Source: Promethearchaeota archaeon
Lineage (GTDB): Archaea; Asgardarchaeota; Lokiarchaeia; Sigyniarchaeales; SOKP01
Length of the DNA stretch: 19,092 nucleotides
Assembly: GCA_048941265.1 (NCBI GenBank)
Contig: JBHLNT010000036.1
Span: 11,253-30,344 of the forward strand
Direction of reading: 5' to 3'
Shown in pieces: positions 1-10,061 of the stretch (position 1 is the first letter of the stretch; every line of letters begins with the position of its first letter). Under the pieces are notes generated by a model. That model did no database searches, was not told the origin of the DNA, and saw only the letters and a list, made by a program, of their open reading frames with translations. The position numbers were made by a program, and so were the translations under genes.

Positions 1-735
1 ATGTTGCCTCATCCATTGGTTTATATGCTGAAAAATAAACGGATTTCCACGTGCTGCCCTTCCGATCATGACAGCATCGCATCCCGTTGTTTTTAACATT
101 TGTTCCATTTTATGACCCGAATCAACATCTCCATTTCCAATAATAGGGATATTAGCCATTTCTTTAGCAAATTTAATTTGCGTCCAATCAGCACGACCTT
201 TAAATAATTGCTGTCTGGTTCTGGCATGAATTATGACGGCCGCAATACCCAAATTTTCTAACAATTTAACCGTTTTATCTACATTTATCTGATCATTACT
301 CCAACCAGTTCGAATCTTGACAGTTACAGGTTTTTGCGTAGATGAAATAACTGCATTTATGGCTCTTTCAAGCTGATTAAGATGCAATAGTAAAAAGGCA
401 CCAGATTTTTGACCGCATTCTTTTTTATGCGGACAGCTCGCATTAAAATCAATTATATCTGCATATTTATCTAAGATATTAACAGTTTCTTTTAACTCAT
501 CTGGTTTATTTCCCCCAACCTGTACACTGAGAGGATGATCTTGATCGGAAAATTCAAATTCTAATCTATTTTCCCAAATAGGGCGTTCCCAAGACCAAAA
601 TACCTGCGTGGATAATATTGACGCTCCATATTTCTTGCATAATATCCTAAATGAAGGACAATTTACTCCTCTCATAGGAGCTAATAAAGCTTTATTCTTT
701 TGGAAAAATTTTGTAATACTTGAAGAATTTTCCAT
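1..735 (-). CDS. dus: tRNA-dihydrouridine synthase (Dus family), 3' end runs off the window
   Basis: Not in the ORF track. Manual translation from ATG at 735 gives MENSSSITKFFQKNKALLAPMRGVN...DFNASCPHKKECGQKSGAFLL...VTVKIRTGW...IHARTRQQ...IGNGDV...GCDAVMIGRAARGNP, which are the typical Dus FMN TIM-barrel motifs including the catalytic Cys. Confidence 0.93.
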   Translation of the reverse strand, partial: MENSSSITKFFQKNKALLAPMRGVNCPSFRILCKKYGASILSTQVFWSWERPIWENRLEFEFSDQDHPLSVQVGGNKPDELKETVNILDKYADIIDFNASCPHKKECGQKSGAFLLLHLNQLERAINAVISSTQKPVTVKIRTGWSNDQINVDKTVKLLENLGIAAVIIHARTRQQLFKGRADWTQIKFAKEMANIPIIGNGDVDSGHKMEQMLKTTGCDAVMIGRAARGNPFIFQHINQWMRQH

Positions 736-826
736 TTGAGAAATCTAATTTTTACAAAAATTAATTTTTTACTCAAGAAAAATAAGAAAAAATATAATAA
801 AAAAGGATTAAAAAGATGTTAATTAT

Positions 827-2095
827 TTAAGTTCCTTCTTCGTATCCATGGATATAATTATATTGCTCCTCGGTTAACTTGTCAATCTCAACGCCCATGG
901 ATTGAAGCTTCAGGAAACCTACTTTATCATCAATCTCCACAGGAACATCGACCATACCAGGTTTTAATGTGTTCTTATTTTTGACAATATATTCAGACAT
1001 TAGAGATTGCAAACCAAATGACATATCCATAACTTCAGCAGGGTGACCTTCAGAAAGAACTAAATTCGCTAAACGACCTTTTGCTAAAAGATACACCTTT
1101 TTACCATCGGGAAATATTAATTCTTCAACATCTTGTCTAATCGGTTTAATTTCTTTGGCATATTCATATAACTGTTTGGTAGGAATTTCAATGTCAAAAT
1201 GTCCTAGATTGCCAAGTATGATCCCATCCTTCAATTTATCGAACATTTCTTTGGTTGGTTGGATCACGTGTTTGCATCCAGTAGCGGTTAAAATTATATC
1301 TGCATAAGGTAATGTCTTCTCGATTGGCATTATATTAAATCCTGCGAATTTTGCTTGTAAAGCTTTGATTGGATCAACTTCGGTCACTGTTACATTAGCA
1401 CCTAAACCTCTTGCTCTAAGTGCCATTCCTGAAGAACAATGACCATATCCAGCAATAACAACATTCTTACCAGCAAATAACACATGCATACCATAAATAG
1501 CTGCAACAACACCTTGACCGGTACCTAATTCATTATCAAATTGATTTTTACATCGGGCATCATTTACTGGAAATAAGGGGACTTTCAAGACACCATGCTT
1601 GTCCATTGCCTTGAATCGCTTTACACCCGTGGTAGTCTCTTCTTGACAGGCAATAATGGTCCCACTCTCAATCAATTCAGGAAATTCCTTATGAGCCGTT
1701 ACAATCATATCTGCGCCATCATCAATTAAGATATTTGGTTTGGCCTTTAAACACTCTCGAATACACCAGTAAAATTCCTCATCTGTGTTTCCATGCCATG
1801 CAAAAACATTTATTTCTTCTTTTACCAATGCTGCGGCGACATCATCTTGAGTTGATAATGGATTGCTTCCGCATAACCATACATCAGCACCTCCTGCTTT
1901 TAATGTACGCGCAAGATTGGCAGTTTCTTTAGTCACATGAAGACAACCCGCAATAGTGATCCCTTTTAAAGGTTTTTCTTTAGCGAATCGTTCTCGAATT
2001 ATGTTTGCGGTTACCGGCATTTTATTTTCTGCAATGTATATTGCTTCTTTACCCTTCTCAGCTAAGTTTTCGTCAGCAACTTTATATTTTACCAT
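827..2095 (-). CDS. ahcY: Adenosylhomocysteinase (SAH hydrolase), archaeal type
   Basis: Motifs CLHVTKET, SNPLSTQDDVAAAL, EETTTG, FDN, GHFDIEI, GRLANL, GHPAEVMDMSF and a C-terminal EGT. Confidence 0.97.
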   Translation of the reverse strand: MVKYKVADENLAEKGKEAIYIAENKMPVTANIIRERFAKEKPLKGITIAGCLHVTKETANLARTLKAGGADVWLCGSNPLSTQDDVAAALVKEEINVFAWHGNTDEEFYWCIRECLKAKPNILIDDGADMIVTAHKEFPELIESGTIIACQEETTTGVKRFKAMDKHGVLKVPLFPVNDARCKNQFDNELGTGQGVVAAIYGMHVLFAGKNVVIAGYGHCSSGMALRARGLGANVTVTEVDPIKALQAKFAGFNIMPIEKTLPYADIILTATGCKHVIQPTKEMFDKLKDGIILGNLGHFDIEIPTKQLYEYAKEIKPIRQDVEELIFPDGKKVYLLAKGRLANLVLSEGHPAEVMDMSFGLQSLMSEYIVKNKNTLKPGMVDVPVEIDDKVGFLKLQSMGVEIDKLTEEQYNYIHGYEEGT

Positions 2096-2245
2096 TTTCT
2101 ATATACCTTTTATATAATTTTGTAATGATTCTGTATCATTTAATTTTGATTCAAATTTAAAGATATTTTTAATTAATTGTAAGGAAAGGTTTTAATTCTT
2201 TAACAAATAATTAAAGATTAATTATAGCAAACAAATTATTTCAAT

Positions 2246-3232
2246 ATGAGTGATCCTAAACAAAGAAAAAAGAATCAAGCTCTTATAAAACGGTTAAATA
2301 ATAAAACTAAATTTAATATTTCAAGGATTTCACAAGCATTAGGGCTTTCTAGACAAACAATTCAAACCAAACTCAGCAATTTGAGGGATCAACAAATAAT
2401 TAAAAATTTTACAATCAATATTAATCCAAATATCCAACCAAATAATCTGAAATTTGTAATGCTTGAAATTAAGACAAACCCAAAAGAACCTGAATTAGTG
2501 GAAGAACTACTTAAATTACCTCAATTAAGAATGTTGGACGGAATTTTTGGAGAATTTTCTCTTATCGCTCTTTTTATTTTTAAATCTTCAGATGAATATT
2601 ATCAGATCTTAAATGAGATAGATAAAATCATGTCCCAATCATATTTTAAAAAATATCAGATAATTGAAACAATTAAAGTTTTTAAAACTAATGGAATTAA
2701 ATTAAAAAACTCCGGTTTCAATGAGCAATATGAATTGGATAAAATTGATGGTTTAATTTTAAAAATTTTACAAGAAAGACAAGGATTAAAACCCATCTCT
2801 ACCTATGATATAAAACATTTTATAAATGAAGAGTATAGGGATATCGCACAAAAACATTATAAAGACGGGATTTCTCAACCTACAGTCCATAATAAAATTA
2901 AGAAATTAGAACAGAATAATGTAATTTTAAATTATTCGGTGGATTTTTGTCCAAGAAAATTAGGTTTTAAGGGAAAATATATTGTCCGAATTAAACCTAA
3001 AGATCCGTCTAAATATGACATCCTTGCTAAAAGATTAATAGAAAAAAATCAAATAACTGATTTGTTTCGCATTGGTGAACAATATGGATTATTTGCAATC
3101 GTAAGAGTTAAAAAAATTGAAGATTACAGTAATTTTATAAAGGATCTCTACGATTCAGAGGAGATAGAAGATACATTTACCAATTTTGTATTAGATGAGC
3201 TCAGACCATTCACAAATTTCGTAATTTTTTGA
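2246..3232 (+). CDS. Lrp/AsnC-family transcriptional regulator with two tandem HTH+RAM units
   Basis: HTH 1 ISRISQALGLSRQTIQTKLSNL; second unit LDKIDGLILKILQE...ISQPTVHNKIKKLE...VILNYSV; each followed by a RAM-like domain (IFGEFSL, IGEQYGL). Divergent from ahcY. Confidence 0.85.
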   Translation: MSDPKQRKKNQALIKRLNNKTKFNISRISQALGLSRQTIQTKLSNLRDQQIIKNFTININPNIQPNNLKFVMLEIKTNPKEPELVEELLKLPQLRMLDGIFGEFSLIALFIFKSSDEYYQILNEIDKIMSQSYFKKYQIIETIKVFKTNGIKLKNSGFNEQYELDKIDGLILKILQERQGLKPISTYDIKHFINEEYRDIAQKHYKDGISQPTVHNKIKKLEQNNVILNYSVDFCPRKLGFKGKYIVRIKPKDPSKYDILAKRLIEKNQITDLFRIGEQYGLFAIVRVKKIEDYSNFIKDLYDSEEIEDTFTNFVLDELRPFTNFVIF

Positions 3233-3661
3233 AATCGATGGAATAAGGAGGTATATAGTTTTTTTACTGTCAATTGTTCCAATTTAGATTAATTTACATA
3301 ATTATAATAAATTTGATTTAACTTTAAAAATTAAAATTATTAATTTATGAATGACTATACCTCCAAATGTGAAATTCAATTTTAGCGATTTGTTTTTCTG
3401 TAATATGGAAATTGGCATGGACAACATTAAATTAGCTTAAAAACTATTGATATAATGGATATAAACTAAAAATGGATTTGAATTCTTTTGAGTTAGATAT
3501 ATAGCATCAATTAAAGGAAATTTTCTCTGAAAGTAAGTTCTGAGTAAATAAAGATTGCCAAAAGTATAAATATAGATTTAATTACTTTATTCTTGTCAAA
3601 AATAATTTACAATTAAATTCATTAAAATCAAAGATAAGCGAATTTTAAGGGATTTTCCTAA

Positions 3662-5209
3662 ATGATCTTCGAATCTGAAAATGATTCTGAATCAAAGAAA
3701 AAATCAAATCTGATGAAACGACTAATTTATGATACCCTATTCAAGATATTCCCTGATATTTTAATTGTATTGGATCCTGATGGAAAAGTTGTAGATATCT
3801 CAAAGAGCACCCTTCTTTTATTCGGACCAAACACGAAAAAAAATAAATTAATCGGTAGAAGTATTTTTGATTTAATAGCTCCAGATAATCTTAAGGAAAG
3901 TCAAAAATACCATCAAAAAGCTTTAAAGGAGGGATTTCTTAAAAATGAAACATATCAATTGATGTTAGATAAATCTACTATTTTATACGGAAAATTAAGT
4001 GCCACATTAATTAAGGATAATGATGGAACGCCTAGATTTTTTATCGTCATCCTAAAAGATATTACTCAAGAAAAAGAAGCAAAAACAGATTTAATTAAAA
4101 GTAAAGAAATGCTTCAGTTAGTTCTAGATAATATCCCTCAATTTATTTTTTGGAAAGATATTAATTCTGTATATCAAGGATGTAACCGTAATTTTGCTAG
4201 AGTAGCTGGTGTAGGAGAGCCAAAGAATATCGTAGAAAAAACAGATTACGATTTACCATGGGAACAATCACAAGCAGAATCTTTCTATGAAATAGATCGC
4301 CTTGTTATGGAGTCTAATAAACCAGAATCTCACATTATCGAACCTCAATTACAAGCAGACGGTAAGAAAGCGTGGTTGGACACAAATAAAATTCCATTGC
4401 ACAATTCTCAAGGGGAGGTTGTAGGACTTTTAGGTACATATGAAGATATAACAGAGAGAGTCCTTGCAAAAAAAGCATTAGAAAAATCAGAAAAAAAATA
4501 TCGTGAGTCATATAATCGTGCGAATTTTTTTAAAGATATTTTTTCCCATGATATTGGTAATATTCTTCAAAACGTCGGTTCCGCAAATGATCTCATCAAT
4601 ATGTTTTTAGAAATGCCTGATAAAATGAAAGAGTTAAAAGAAATTACCACAATTATTAAAGAACAAATATTGAGGGGGGCCAAATTAGTAGATAACATAC
4701 AAAAATTATCTCAAATAGAAGAATCTGAAAATCCTTTGAGAACAATTGAATTATGCGAAACGTTAAAAGAATCGATAACTTTCATACATAATTGGTTTCA
4801 AAAAAATAATTTGAATATACAAGTTGAGACGTTTAATAAAAAAGTAGAAGTTAAAGCAAATGAGCTTTTAGCTGATGTGTTTGAAAATTTGTTGATTAAT
4901 GCGGTAAAATATAATGATAATCCCAACATAGAAATTCTTATAAAAATATCTAAAGAACAGAAGAATAATAGTAATAACATAAGAATAGATTTTAAGGATA
5001 ATGGGATTGGTATAGAAGATGCTCGAAAAGACGAAATATTTTTAAGAGCATATAATAAGGATAAGAGCATTAGTGGATTAGGGTTAGGATTATCCTTAGT
5101 AAAGAAAATCATCGAAACATATGACGGACAGATCTGGGTCGAAGATCGTATAAATGGAGATCATTCAAAAGGAAGCAATTTTGTTATCATATTACAGGAA
5201 GCAGATTAA
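3662..5209 (+). CDS. Cytoplasmic PAS-PAS sensor histidine kinase
   Basis: Two PAS/PAC domains, H-box FSHDIGN, N-box [11 protein letters not shown]1 DNGIGI, G2 GLGLGL; no transmembrane segment evident. Confidence 0.93.
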   Translation: MIFESENDSESKKKSNLMKRLIYDTLFKIFPDILIVLDPDGKVVDISKSTLLLFGPNTKKNKLIGRSIFDLIAPDNLKESQKYHQKALKEGFLKNETYQLMLDKSTILYGKLSATLIKDNDGTPRFFIVILKDITQEKEAKTDLIKSKEMLQLVLDNIPQFIFWKDINSVYQGCNRNFARVAGVGEPKNIVEKTDYDLPWEQSQAESFYEIDRLVMESNKPESHIIEPQLQADGKKAWLDTNKIPLHNSQGEVVGLLGTYEDITERVLAKKALEKSEKKYRESYNRANFFKDIFSHDIGNILQNVGSANDLINMFLEMPDKMKELKEITTIIKEQILRGAKLVDNIQKLSQIEESENPLRTIELCETLKESITFIHNWFQKNNLNIQVETFNKKVEVKANELLADVFENLLINAVKYNDNPNIEILIKISKEQKNNSNNIRIDFKDNGIGIEDARKDEIFLRAYNKDKSISGLGLGLSLVKKIIETYDGQIWVEDRINGDHSKGSNFVIILQEAD

Positions 5210-5271
5210 TTAAATAAGGTATACTATATTTACTAAAAAAATTGTAGTTTTGTAATTTCTATTGGGAAACA

Positions 5272-7350
5272 ATGACTTTTTTTTTTGAAGTTCTAAAAAC
5301 AGAGATCGGTTTGGCTCGTACTGGAAGGATTTTAGTTTCAAAACAAAATAAACGATATCTCTATACTCCAAATGTTATTATTCCGCTGAATAGTATCTTA
5401 ATGAATCAAATTGATTTCAAAACTGAATTTGAAGACCATGTATTATTTAAAATATCAAAAGAAGGTATATTGAAAAGTGATATTTTAGAAAGAACATTCA
5501 ATTCTGCGAGTTTTTTATACATCAGCAATAGTACATTGGAAAAATTTCAAGAGATAATAGTAAGAAATAAAATTATCTTCATTGAAAAAGGCATTTTTGC
5601 GATAATTCCCTTCAATATACCAACTACTGCGATAAATAAGAATTTTGCAGTGAGAGAAATTGAAAACTATTTGAAAAAAGCTGAAATCATCCTTAAAAAT
5701 AATGCAGACATAAATCTTGGATTGACAGTAAAAATCTTTGATTTTTTAGAATTATCTGATATGTATCTTGAAGTAATTAGAAATAATAAAAATATTAAAA
5801 TATTAAATTTAGCTGATATCTTTGATAATATTTCTAATTTTAGGAAGATTATTGATTTTGTATTAAATTTAAAGCAGAAATTAGACAATAATATCATTTT
5901 AATAGCTTCTGGTAGAATTATTCCTAACTTTTATCCAATTTTAGTTTATTTAGGAATTGATCTAGTCGATAGCTCTTTCTTACTATATTTGTCTTCAGAG
6001 AATTTCTATAATTCTTTAGAATATTTATTACCAATTTATAAAATTAAATATTTACCATGTTCATGCAGAGCATGTAGAGGAGAATTGAAAAATTTACAAG
6101 AAGAAAAATATTCTTCGGAAAAAATAAGCTTGCTAAGCCTCCATAATCTAATTTCAGCAAAAACCTATATGAACAAAATCATACAATATCTAAATTATGA
6201 AGACTTCCGAGCCTTTGTTGAAAAATCCTCCTTAGACGATACTAATTTAATTTCTATGTTAAGAATTTTAGATAAAAAGTATTTTGATCTAATTAAGTAT
6301 GAAACTCCAATCACCCAAAAAAATAAAAAAGTGAATTGTCTTGGATCACTTTCATATCATAGACCAGACTTTCAGGTTTTTAGAGAGAGAACAATTATGG
6401 CATTTGAACCGGAACAACAAACTAGATTAATTATCTTATTTCCTTGTTCAGCAGGAAAACCTTATTCTGAATCTAAATCCCATAAAAAATTTTTGAGTAT
6501 ATTAAGAAAATATCCAGAATTTCCGGATTTTCAAGAAATAATATTAACATCTCCCCTTGGAGCAATTCCAAGGCAATTGGAAAATGTATATCCTGCTAAT
6601 TCATATGATATTTCAGTTACAGGGGATTGGAATGAAGAAGAAATAAAAATTTCTGCTGATATGCTCATTAAATTGCTTGAAAAATATGATCCAGACATTC
6701 CGATTATCTGTCACCTCGAAGGAGAATATCTCGAAATTCTGAACAGAGTAAAAAAAGAACTAAAACATAAGTTTTATTTTACAGAAATTTCTCAAAGTTT
6801 AACTACTAAAGAGTCATTGCAATCATTAAAATCTCTGGTTGATTCTAAAATAAAAGATTTTAGCCCAGATGAAAGCATTTCTAAAAAACTATATTTATCA
6901 AAAACCTGGGATCGAAAATTCAATAAAATTTTAGATTATCAATATGGAAAGGGTTCAGGTATAAAAATCCTTAGTAATGGGATAAAAATAAGAAAAGGTA
7001 AACCTCATACTCATATTGAGATATTAGCTTCTAAAACCAATAATTCTTTAGGTGTTTTCAATTATAGTACGGGACAAATAGATCTATCCATAAAGGGGGC
7101 ATCTTTATTGGCACCATCTTCAGAAACTGCAAAAATAATTGTATTTAACGGAAAGAAAATGAGTGGCAATACTTTATTCCGTCCAGGGGTATTAGAATTT
7201 AGTCAAAACCTCGTACCTTATGATAATGTAATAATTTTGGATGAACAGAAAGAAAATATTGTTGGAATGGGACATATTATTATTGGTTCTAATGTTTTAA
7301 GAAATACAAAAACAGGCAGAGTGGCTATAATATATGAAAGTGCTAAATGA
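5272..7350 (+). CDS. arcS: Archaeosine synthase subunit alpha (ArcS/TgtA2): degenerate TGT domain, DUF5591 catalytic domain and PUA domain
   Basis: N-terminal ARTGRI..TP, Zn site CSCRAC...LHN, PCSAGKPYSESKSH, TSPLGAIPRQLE..YP...YDISVTGDW and a C-terminal PUA-like region. Confidence 0.9.
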   Translation: MTFFFEVLKTEIGLARTGRILVSKQNKRYLYTPNVIIPLNSILMNQIDFKTEFEDHVLFKISKEGILKSDILERTFNSASFLYISNSTLEKFQEIIVRNKIIFIEKGIFAIIPFNIPTTAINKNFAVREIENYLKKAEIILKNNADINLGLTVKIFDFLELSDMYLEVIRNNKNIKILNLADIFDNISNFRKIIDFVLNLKQKLDNNIILIASGRIIPNFYPILVYLGIDLVDSSFLLYLSSENFYNSLEYLLPIYKIKYLPCSCRACRGELKNLQEEKYSSEKISLLSLHNLISAKTYMNKIIQYLNYEDFRAFVEKSSLDDTNLISMLRILDKKYFDLIKYETPITQKNKKVNCLGSLSYHRPDFQVFRERTIMAFEPEQQTRLIILFPCSAGKPYSESKSHKKFLSILRKYPEFPDFQEIILTSPLGAIPRQLENVYPANSYDISVTGDWNEEEIKISADMLIKLLEKYDPDIPIICHLEGEYLEILNRVKKELKHKFYFTEISQSLTTKESLQSLKSLVDSKIKDFSPDESISKKLYLSKTWDRKFNKILDYQYGKGSGIKILSNGIKIRKGKPHTHIEILASKTNNSLGVFNYSTGQIDLSIKGASLLAPSSETAKIIVFNGKKMSGNTLFRPGVLEFSQNLVPYDNVIILDEQKENIVGMGHIIIGSNVLRNTKTGRVAIIYESAK

Positions 7351-8422
7351 AAATCATCAGAATCCATTGGCAGAATTTATATGTTCCTTAAGAAAAAGAG
7401 CAATAGCAAAAAAAAGAAAATTTACAAATGAACAGTTAGAAAAACCGGTAAGTTTTTGGACAAAAAATGACAGACTTATAGATGAAATTGGCAAGGAATT
7501 TACGGTGATATTGAGAACTAAGGGATGTAGCTGGGCTTTGGGTGATTTTGGAGGATGTTCGATGTGTGGATACATTCAAGATGCAAATATAAAGGATGTT
7601 CCATCAGATTACCTTATTAAACAATTTGACTATGCACTAAAACGAAAAATGAATGAAATAAATGAACAACAATATAATTATGTGCTTAAAATATTTAATT
7701 CGGGCAGCTTTTTTGACAATTCAGAACTCAATGAAGAGGTTCGCATGCACATTTACCAGAAAATTTCCGAAATTAAAAATATTAAAGAGTTTGTAATTGA
7801 ATCCAGGGTTGAATATTTAACCGCAGACCGCCTTTTAAAACTTAAAAACAAGCTTAAGAATAAATATATCGAAATAGGGATAGGTCTTGAAACGGTTAAC
7901 GATTATATAAGAAACAATTATATTAATAAAAGTTTAATTTATGAGGATTTTCTTGAAGCTGTTAATTTATGTAAGAAATATGATATAGGAGTGAAAGTAT
8001 ATTTGTTGTTTAAACCACCCTTTCTAAATGAACAGGGAGCTATTGATGATTGCATAGAATCAATCAAAATGCTGATGAATTTAAAAGTAAATACTATTTC
8101 AATAAATCCTCTAAATATTCAAAAAGGTTCATTAGCAGAATATTTATGGTATCAAAATCGATATAGACCTCCCTGGTTTTACTCTCTTTTCAAATGCCTG
8201 AAAAAAGCAATAAAACAAGAAGATCTAAAAAATTTTAGAATATTATCCGACCCTTCAGGCGCGGGAACTAGAAGAGGAATTCATAATTGCTTAAAATGTG
8301 ATGAAAAAATGATAAGCTTGTTGAAAGAATTTGTTTTAAATCAGGATATAAGTATTTTACATCAAAATGAAATAGATTGCGATTGTAAAATAAAATACCA
8401 TCTTCAACATGATTATCATTGA
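7334..8422 (+). CDS. raSEA: Archaeosine biosynthesis radical SAM enzyme RaSEA
   Basis: ILRTKGCSWALGDFGGCSMCGY (extended Cys motif), KIFNSGSFFD, ESRVE, IGLET, LFKPPFL, YRPPW, RGIHNCLKCD; overlaps arcS by 17 nt. Confidence 0.92.
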   Translation: MKVLNENHQNPLAEFICSLRKRAIAKKRKFTNEQLEKPVSFWTKNDRLIDEIGKEFTVILRTKGCSWALGDFGGCSMCGYIQDANIKDVPSDYLIKQFDYALKRKMNEINEQQYNYVLKIFNSGSFFDNSELNEEVRMHIYQKISEIKNIKEFVIESRVEYLTADRLLKLKNKLKNKYIEIGIGLETVNDYIRNNYINKSLIYEDFLEAVNLCKKYDIGVKVYLLFKPPFLNEQGAIDDCIESIKMLMNLKVNTISINPLNIQKGSLAEYLWYQNRYRPPWFYSLFKCLKKAIKQEDLKNFRILSDPSGAGTRRGIHNCLKCDEKMISLLKEFVLNQDISILHQNEIDCDCKIKYHLQHDYH

Positions 8423-8658
8423 TAATTTTTTGATCCAAAATAAGATAATCGCATAAAAATTTGTGAATTTTTATGTATTTTGGAATAAAAAATTCTTCTT
8501 TTTACCCTTGATATTTACGAAATTTGAAAAAAAAACAAAATATGTGAGTAAAAATCCATTCTACTTTTTTGTACGGGGAAGTTTGAAAATTAATTAACTT
8601 TAAATAGAAAAGATCAATTATTTTAGTTTATATTTCAATAACCAAAGATGGTAAAATA

Positions 8659-8904
8659 TTGAAAGGTTGGGTTAAACTAAGTCTATTCTACATAGGGAAA
8701 TCTAAAAAGCATCAAATATTTAGAGTAAAACGATGGAATAGAAACTTTGAAAAAATTTACCGTAAACCTGTTTTTAATATGAATTATGAGGAAATAGGGT
8801 ATATTAAAGAAATATTTGGACCAATAAGCTTACCATTTATTTCCATTAAAACTCTACTGAATAAAGAATTTAGCCCATATAATGAACTTTATGTGAAAGT
8901 CTGA
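8659..8904 (+). CDS. gar1: H/ACA RNP protein Gar1 (archaeal type, no Gly-Arg repeats)
   Basis: VFN...IGYIKEIFGPISLPFISIK matches the Gar1/Naf1 core motif; lies directly upstream of tfb, a common archaeal arrangement. TTG start. Confidence 0.8.
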   Translation: MKGWVKLSLFYIGKSKKHQIFRVKRWNRNFEKIYRKPVFNMNYEEIGYIKEIFGPISLPFISIKTLLNKEFSPYNELYVKV

Positions 8905-8943
8905 TAAGGCTTTTCAAGATTTTTAAAAAAAAATTCAAAATAA

Positions 8944-8948
8944 AGGTG
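8944..8948 (+). promoter_or_regulatory. Shine-Dalgarno-like AGGTG before the proposed ATT start of tfb
   Basis: AGGTG-taaatt-ATT. The same GGTG(A) motif precedes the ATG starts at 13611 and 18861. Confidence 0.55.
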
Positions 8949-8954
8949 TAAATT

Positions 8955-9926
8955 ATTTCAAGTTGGAATAATGTAAATATAACCCTAGAAGAACTTAATA
9001 AGGAATCTTTTAACACTGATGATAACTGTATTGAATGCGGAAATTCAATTTCTTTTGATGAAAATAGAGGTTTATTTGTTTGTGAAAACTGTGGATTAAT
9101 TGCCTCAGAACGCCATATTGATCAAGGTCCTGAATGGCGTGCCTTTGATGCAGACCAAAAAAAGAAGCGAACTAGAACCGGAGCACCAATGACTTACATG
9201 ATACATGATAAAGGACTTTCGACGATGATTGACTGGAAAAATCGCGATATTTTTGGAAAGGAAATTCCTGCAAAATTAAGAGCTCAGATCTACAGACTAA
9301 GGAAATGGCAAAGTCGTATAAGGGTATCAGATGCAACTGAAAGGAATTTGACATTTGCTTTATCTGAACTGGATCGAATGGCTTCCAACTTAGATATACA
9401 GAAAAATCTACGCGAATGTTCAGCAAAAATATATCGAGATGCTGTAGAAGCACATCTTATTCGTGGACGAAGTATTGAAGGAGTTGCAGCAGCTAGCCTA
9501 TACGCTGCGTGTAGAATGTATAAAGTTCCACGAACTTTAAATGAAATAGCAGAAGTCGCCCGGGTTGATAAAAAGGAAATTGGGCGCTCATTTCGATTTA
9601 TTTCCAAAGAATTGAGATTAAATTTAAATCCTACTAAACCAGTTGATTTTCTCACTCGATTTATTAGTGAATTAAATTTATCTCAAAAATGCCAACAAAT
9701 TTCAAAGAAAATCATAAAAATGGCCGAACAGAGGGGTTTAACCTCTGGAAGGGGGCCTACTGGTGTTTGTGCTGCATCAATATATGCAGCTTCAATCTTA
9801 TGTAATGAGCGTAGAACACAGAGAAAAATAGCCAAAATCTCGCAAGTTACTGAAGTCACGATTAGAAATAGATTTAGTGAGTTAATCGAGAATCTGAATC
9901 TGGGAATCTCACTAAAGAAAAAATAG
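8955..9926 (+). CDS. tfb: Transcription initiation factor IIB (TFB), full length about 323 aa, probable ATT start
   Basis: The frame is open upstream of the track's ATG (9189) back to TAA at 8949. It encodes the Zn ribbon CIECG...VCENCG and B-reader [10 protein letters not shown]...RTGAP, followed by two cyclin repeats and the HTH RTQRKIA...VTEVTIRNR. The exact start is uncertain (ATT 8952 or 8955). Confidence 0.93.
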   Translation: MSSWNNVNITLEELNKESFNTDDNCIECGNSISFDENRGLFVCENCGLIASERHIDQGPEWRAFDADQKKKRTRTGAPMTYMIHDKGLSTMIDWKNRDIFGKEIPAKLRAQIYRLRKWQSRIRVSDATERNLTFALSELDRMASNLDIQKNLRECSAKIYRDAVEAHLIRGRSIEGVAAASLYAACRMYKVPRTLNEIAEVARVDKKEIGRSFRFISKELRLNLNPTKPVDFLTRFISELNLSQKCQQISKKIIKMAEQRGLTSGRGPTGVCAASIYAASILCNERRTQRKIAKISQVTEVTIRNRFSELIENLNLGISLKKK

Positions 9927-10061
9927 TTTTAATTTATCTCCTCTTTTCTTTTTTTATTGCTATGTATTAAACACTTAAATTCATTTGTTAAAAAATGTTA
10001 TAATAAATGTTTATTTAAATTAGATATACAGATAAAATTAAATATTAAATGGAAATGTAAT

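Noticed and set aside
9957-10061. 35-aa N-terminal extension of the acyl-CoA dehydrogenase from TTG 9957
   Set aside because: Reads like AT-rich promoter sequence right after the tfb T-rich tract; ATG 10062 gives a normal N-terminus.
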